In this document: positions 60,581-64,000 of the stretch, piece after piece
How positions within the stretch are numbered: the first letter of the stretch is position 1
Layout of the letters: each line of letters starts with the position of its first letter
Notes under the pieces: model-generated
What the model was told of the DNA's origin: nothing
The model's database searches: none
The model's input: only the letters and a program-made list of their open reading frames with translations
From: a virus
IMG/VR virus record: IMGVR_UViG_3300037520_001064
Coordinates: 1 to 64,000 of that record
Strand: one strand, 5' to 3'
Length of the DNA stretch: 64,000 bases
Position numbers and translations under genes: made by a program

Positions 60581-60974
60581 TGTTGTTGTTTTAACAGAGA
60601 AGCAAGCTAGAGCTGTTGCTAAAGATCTTGTACATCTAGATGCTGCTAATCAGATTATCAAAGAACAAGAATCAAGAATCAAAAACTTTCAGAGGAAAGA
60701 GATTGAGTTCAAGAATCAACTAGATATAAAGGATTCCATTATAAAATATCAGAAAGAGATCATTGATATCAACAAAGAGATTATCAAGAACAAGAAACCT
60801 TTTGAGATACATGGATATGCTGGTGTTCAAACTACACAGTTTACATTAAGAGAACCTACATTATACACAAACCTAATGCTTGAGTTTACAAGATTCAACA
60901 TAGGAGCTCAATATTTTGTACAACCAAATAATCCTCCAGGGTATAGTGTTGTTCTAGAATATAAATTATTTTAA
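60501..60974 (+). CDS. secreted coiled-coil protein with C-terminal beta-strands (o-spanin position)
   Basis: ATG at 60501 gives a signal peptide MYRLKLLIVFLLVGFKSFSQ. The protein ends YSVVLEYKLF. Confidence 0.5.
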   Translation: MYRLKLLIVFLLVGFKSFSQTAILKDSVVVLTEKQARAVAKDLVHLDAANQIIKEQESRIKNFQRKEIEFKNQLDIKDSIIKYQKEIIDINKEIIKNKKPFEIHGYAGVQTTQFTLREPTLYTNLMLEFTRFNIGAQYFVQPNNPPGYSVVLEYKLF

Positions 60975-60985
60975 ACCAAATAATA

Positions 60986-61414
60986 ATGGTAACAAGTGCA
61001 CAGTGCTTAAAGAAGTGGGGTGATCCTGCTGTTGTAACTAACGAATTGAAATATATGACTGTATGGGATGTACCTACTCACTTAGAGATAGGTGTGATTC
61101 CAAAAAAGTTATATTGTAATAAACTGATTGTTGCTCCTTTGATTCAAGCGTTCACTAACTTAATAGACAGAGACTTTGTTAAGGAACTGAAAACATTCGA
61201 TGGATGTTTTAATGTAAGAAGAAAGAGAGGGCTAACTACAATGTCTTTACATTCCTGGGGTATTGCAATTGATGTTAATGCTGCTTGGAATGGATTACAC
61301 AAAACTCCACAACTATCTGCAGGGTTTGTAAAATGTTTTACAGATGCTGGATTTGATTGGGGTGGAACTTGGAAAAGAAAAGATGGAATGCATTTCCAAT
61401 TAAAATCTATATAA
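60986..61414 (+). CDS. endolysin, peptidase M15 family (L-Ala-D-Glu peptidase-like)
   Basis: R...SLHSWGIAIDVN and WGGTW..KDGMHFQ Zn-peptidase motifs. Confidence 0.85.
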   Translation: MVTSAQCLKKWGDPAVVTNELKYMTVWDVPTHLEIGVIPKKLYCNKLIVAPLIQAFTNLIDRDFVKELKTFDGCFNVRRKRGLTTMSLHSWGIAIDVNAAWNGLHKTPQLSAGFVKCFTDAGFDWGGTWKRKDGMHFQLKSI

Positions 61415-61416
61415 CA

Positions 61417-61551
61417 ATGGCAAAACAAACCAACACAGTAGAGAAAAGAATTAAGATTAAAGTGAGCAGACCAGGTGTCCATGCTAAAACTAAGACATCT
61501 AAACTTAAATCTTCCAAGAACTATAAGAAACTTTATAAAGGACAGGGATAA
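61417..61551 (+). CDS. 44-aa highly basic protein
   Basis: MAKQTNTVEKRIKIKVSRPGVHAKTKTSKLKSSKNYKKLYKGQG. The ATG is 2 nt after the endolysin stop. Confidence 0.65.
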   Translation: MAKQTNTVEKRIKIKVSRPGVHAKTKTSKLKSSKNYKKLYKGQG

Positions 61552-61700
61552 TGGATTGGGAAGTTACATTTGCTTTCTATTGGCCCCACGATAGATTTGT
61601 TATAGGATGGGATGTTCTACATGCTAATGAAGTATATAATTACAACACATATATATTGTATTTAGGAATACTTACAATAACATTAGATGTAAATAATTAA
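61551..61700 (+). CDS. 49-aa hypothetical protein (not in ORF track)
   Basis: TAATG-coupled start. MDWEVTFAFYWPHDRFVIGWDVLHANEVYNYNTYILYLGILTITLDVNN*. Confidence 0.6.
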   Translation: MDWEVTFAFYWPHDRFVIGWDVLHANEVYNYNTYILYLGILTITLDVNN

Positions 61701-61702
61701 AT

Positions 61703-61729
61703 TAGTTAGACTCGTTCTAACTATTTTTG
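61703..61729 (+). terminator. Rho-independent terminator after lysis operon
   Basis: TAGTTAGA-CTCGT-TCTAACTA followed by TTTTTG. Confidence 0.6.
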
Positions 61730-61805
61730 TTATTTTAATTTGGTGAAAAACACTTACTTATAGTGAAAAATAATTATTTTTGTATAATAAATAAAATTTA
61801 AAATC

Positions 61806-61976
61806 ATGGCAATACCATCAAGAGGAATAGGCTGGAGTACAACAGATAACTTATTATGGCAGATATCTAAGCAATTAGAGCATCTTATTAATGTTACAGC
61901 ACAGGGTAATACATATCCTACTACCACTACCACTACCACTGCTGCTCCTACAACAAGTACCACTACTACAGTGTAA
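61806..61976 (+). CDS. 56-aa protein with poly-Thr tail (not in ORF track)
   Basis: MAIPSRGIGWSTTDNLLWQISKQLEHLINVTAQGNTYPTTTTTTTAAPTTSTTTTV*, with an A-rich leader. Confidence 0.75.
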   Translation: MAIPSRGIGWSTTDNLLWQISKQLEHLINVTAQGNTYPTTTTTTTAAPTTSTTTTV

Positions 61977-62003
61977 AAATAATAAACCAAAACCAACTAC
62001 ATT

Positions 62004-63020
62004 ATGAAAGATTTAAAATTTGTACAAGCTTGTCCTAGCGATATTTATTATACATGGCAAGTGAACCTTTGGATGGAGAGTCTAAAAGAGATAGGACATT
62101 CTGACAAAGCAATCAATCTTATATTCACTCCTCAAGGAAGAGAGAATAGAGATAAATGGAAACAGATCGAAGATCTATATCCAGAAGCTGAGTTTCATTA
62201 CTATGCAGATGAAGATAATTTAAATAGATTAATTGGAATCTATATTCCTGTTCTACGTCCTTATGTTCTTTGGAAACATTTCAAAGCAAATCCAGAACTA
62301 AAAGAAAAAGCAATTTTCTATTGTGACTCTGACATTCTATTCATGAAAGATTTCAATGTAGATCAGTTCTTAGAGGATGATATCAATTACTTATCAGATA
62401 CAAATAGCTACATCAATGCTAAATATTTTGATAGTAAGATACACCAAGTGTTACCAGAGAAGCTAGAAGAATATAAAAACAGAGACATCCTTGCAGAGGT
62501 TGCAAGTGTTATAGGAATAAGCAGAGAAGTGTGTGAAGCTAACAATGATCATTCGGGAGGAGCACAATATCTATTAAAGAATGTAGATGGTGACTTCTGG
62601 AGTAAGGTGATGAATGATTGTATTCTTATAAGAAGCTATTTACAAACAGTGAATAGAGAATTCTTTAAAGATGAAAATGCTGGATACCAAAGTTGGTGTG
62701 CTGATATGTGGGCTGTTCTATGGAACTTATGGTTTAGAGAACAAGAAACAAAAGTGGTACCTGAAATGGCATTTGCTTGGGCCACAGATCCTATCACAAA
62801 ATTGGATACCCATACAATCTTTCATAATGCAGGAATAGTTTCTGAGACAGGTAATGGATACCCAGCTTTCTATAAAGGAAAATATCACATGGGAACTGAT
62901 CCTACAAAAGATCCTAACCTAGATATGATTCTTAACAATGAAGAATCAAAGAAATATTGTACGTGGTTTTATGCCACTAAGTTAAATGAAATCAAAAACA
63001 AATATAACCTAAACTATTAA
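62004..63020 (+). CDS. putative GT-A fold glycosyltransferase
   Basis: YYTWQ, LRPY, YCDSD (DxD), GGAQYL, WCADMW and FHNAG motifs. Their order recalls HPAT/SERGT-type peptide O-glycosyltransferases. Confidence 0.65.
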   Translation: MKDLKFVQACPSDIYYTWQVNLWMESLKEIGHSDKAINLIFTPQGRENRDKWKQIEDLYPEAEFHYYADEDNLNRLIGIYIPVLRPYVLWKHFKANPELKEKAIFYCDSDILFMKDFNVDQFLEDDINYLSDTNSYINAKYFDSKIHQVLPEKLEEYKNRDILAEVASVIGISREVCEANNDHSGGAQYLLKNVDGDFWSKVMNDCILIRSYLQTVNREFFKDENAGYQSWCADMWAVLWNLWFREQETKVVPEMAFAWATDPITKLDTHTIFHNAGIVSETGNGYPAFYKGKYHMGTDPTKDPNLDMILNNEESKKYCTWFYATKLNEIKNKYNLNY

Positions 63021-63038
63021 CCATAAATTAAAAAACAC

Positions 63039-63275
63039 ATGGGAAGCATTAATTCAAGACCTTTAAAGGCTTATGTTAGATTCGATGGATCTGGCAGAAT
63101 AGTTGCAGGAAGTTTGATTCTAAGAAAGAACAAACCTAAAGTTGGTAAATGGAAAGAGATTCCAGCATATGAGTGCTGTAATCCTACAACCACTTCAACC
63201 ACTACAGCTGCACCAACAACAACAAGTACAACAACTGTAGCTCCAACGACTACCACAACCACAACAACTGTATAA
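63039..63275 (+). CDS. small protein with VRFDGSGR domain and poly-Thr tail
   Basis: LKAYVRFDGSGRIV...KPKVG...ECCNPTTT; paralog of the next gene. Confidence 0.75.
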   Translation: MGSINSRPLKAYVRFDGSGRIVAGSLILRKNKPKVGKWKEIPAYECCNPTTTSTTTAAPTTTSTTTVAPTTTTTTTTV

Positions 63276-63277
63276 TC

Positions 63278-63772
63278 ATGGCAAGAAGTAATAACAATAA
63301 TAAGCTAAAAGCTTTTGTACGTTTTGATGGTTCAGGACGTATTGTACCAAGTAGTTTAATTGTGCAAGCATTTAAACCAAAGGTGGGTAACTATCAAGAA
63401 ATTGATGCTAAAGAATGTTGTAACCCTACAACAACTACAACAACAACTGTTGCTCCTACCACTACAAGTACAACTACTGTAGCACCAACAACAACAACAA
63501 CTACAACAGTTGAACCTACTACTACTACAACAACAACAGAGTTTCCAGGATACTATACATGGTTAATGGGTAAAAACATTGATGCTGCTTCTGCATGTGC
63601 TGAACCTACTGCTCCTGTATATTCATCAGTTAGTCCACTAAATCTTGGTGTATTCTTGTATGAAGATACAGCATTAACAATTCCTGCATCTCCTTCATGG
63701 TATGCAACTGGTGGTGTAGCATATGAAGTGGATATCACTGGTGAAATCAGTACAGAAACTTTGTGTCCATAA
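63278..63772 (+). CDS. VRFDGSGR-domain protein with poly-Thr linker and C-terminal ACA module
   Basis: LKAFVRFDGSGRIV...KPKVG...ECCNPTTT. The C-terminal domain resembles that of 10367..10903. Confidence 0.75.
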   Translation: MARSNNNNKLKAFVRFDGSGRIVPSSLIVQAFKPKVGNYQEIDAKECCNPTTTTTTTVAPTTTSTTTVAPTTTTTTTVEPTTTTTTTEFPGYYTWLMGKNIDAASACAEPTAPVYSSVSPLNLGVFLYEDTALTIPASPSWYATGGVAYEVDITGEISTETLCP

Positions 63773-63784
63773 TAAATAAATAAC

Positions 63785-64000
63785 ATGGCAGTAAAATCAT
63801 TATTTCCAGATGACATGATGAAATCATCATCTGAAGGCTTAACGTTAGACAGTATAGCTGCTAAGCTTACTTACTTTCATGAGCAGTTACATCTGCTACA
63901 TTGGCAATCAACTTCATATGCAGAACATAAAGCTCTTGGAAAATTGTATGAATATGTGCAAGATTTCAAAGATGGTGTTGTTGAAAAGATTATGGGATAT
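63785..64000 (+). CDS. Dps/ferritin-like protein, 3'-truncated (not in ORF track)
   Basis: MAVKSLFPD...QLHLLHWQSTSYAEHKALGKLYEYVQDFKDGVVEKIMGY has an HW...H...Y...D...E pattern. The frame is open to the window end. Confidence 0.65.
   Translation, partial: MAVKSLFPDDMMKSSSEGLTLDSIAAKLTYFHEQLHLLHWQSTSYAEHKALGKLYEYVQDFKDGVVEKIMGY

Larger units (their letters stand above)
1..64000. mobile_element. crAss-like bacteriophage genome segment (structural, ejection, RNAP and lysis modules)
   Basis: Giant DFDID RNAP gene, ring/IHF/tube/muzzle synteny and lysis genes, with no host housekeeping genes. Confidence 0.88.

Noticed and set aside
61739-61782. Promoter for the GT/poly-Thr cassette (TTTG ... TATTTTTG, with GTGAAAAA repeated)
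   Set aside because: The spacing of 32 nt does not fit the -33/-7 consensus. A promoter is likely here but cannot be placed confidently.
61754-61996. Minus-strand 80-aa ORF in the track
   Set aside because: It is the antisense of the better-supported plus-strand 56-aa poly-Thr gene at 61806-61976.
1-64000. Stop-codon reassignment (TAG/TGA), as in some crAss-like phages
   Set aside because: Giant ORFs are intact in the standard code with near-complete coding density. TAG (60580, 56092) and TGA (60251) end genes at plausible positions, and no suppressor tRNA was seen.
1-64000. Diversity-generating retroelement, introns, inteins, integrase, tRNAs
   Set aside because: No reverse transcriptase, homing endonuclease, intein, recombinase or cloverleaf signatures were recognised by eye in this window.

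Overview
AT-rich, almost entirely plus-strand segment of a large crAss-like (Crassvirales-related) dsDNA phage. The host is probably a Bacteroidota member, based on TTTG-N20-TAnnTTTG promoters, A-rich translation starts without Shine-Dalgarno sites, and a FISUMP domain. Gene order: end of a ring/neck-type gene, auxiliary capsid-type gene, a cluster of Cys-rich fibre/decoration genes joined by poly-Thr/Ser linkers, a metallophosphoesterase, ring, HU/IHF-like and tail-tubular genes, an apparently split muzzle (tail stabilisation) gene, three ejected-cargo-type genes, a 4224-aa virion RNA polymerase polyprotein (GSDFDIDK motif), a PD-(D/E)xK-containing cargo protein, a 2127-aa (Gly-Thr/Ser-Ser)n fibre, a convergent four-domain methyltransferase/glycosyltransferase gene ending in an AAH/TibC-type protein O-glycosyltransferase domain, a lysis cassette, a second GT-A glycosyltransferase flanked by tiny poly-Thr proteins, and the start of a Dps/ferritin-like gene. 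The main candidate novel system is phage-encoded protein O-glycosylation: two transferase genes plus at least 11 proteins with mucin-like Thr tracts and a Pro-poor Gly-X-Y fibre, which suggests a glycan-coated virion. All family assignments come from motif recognition by eye; no database searches were run.
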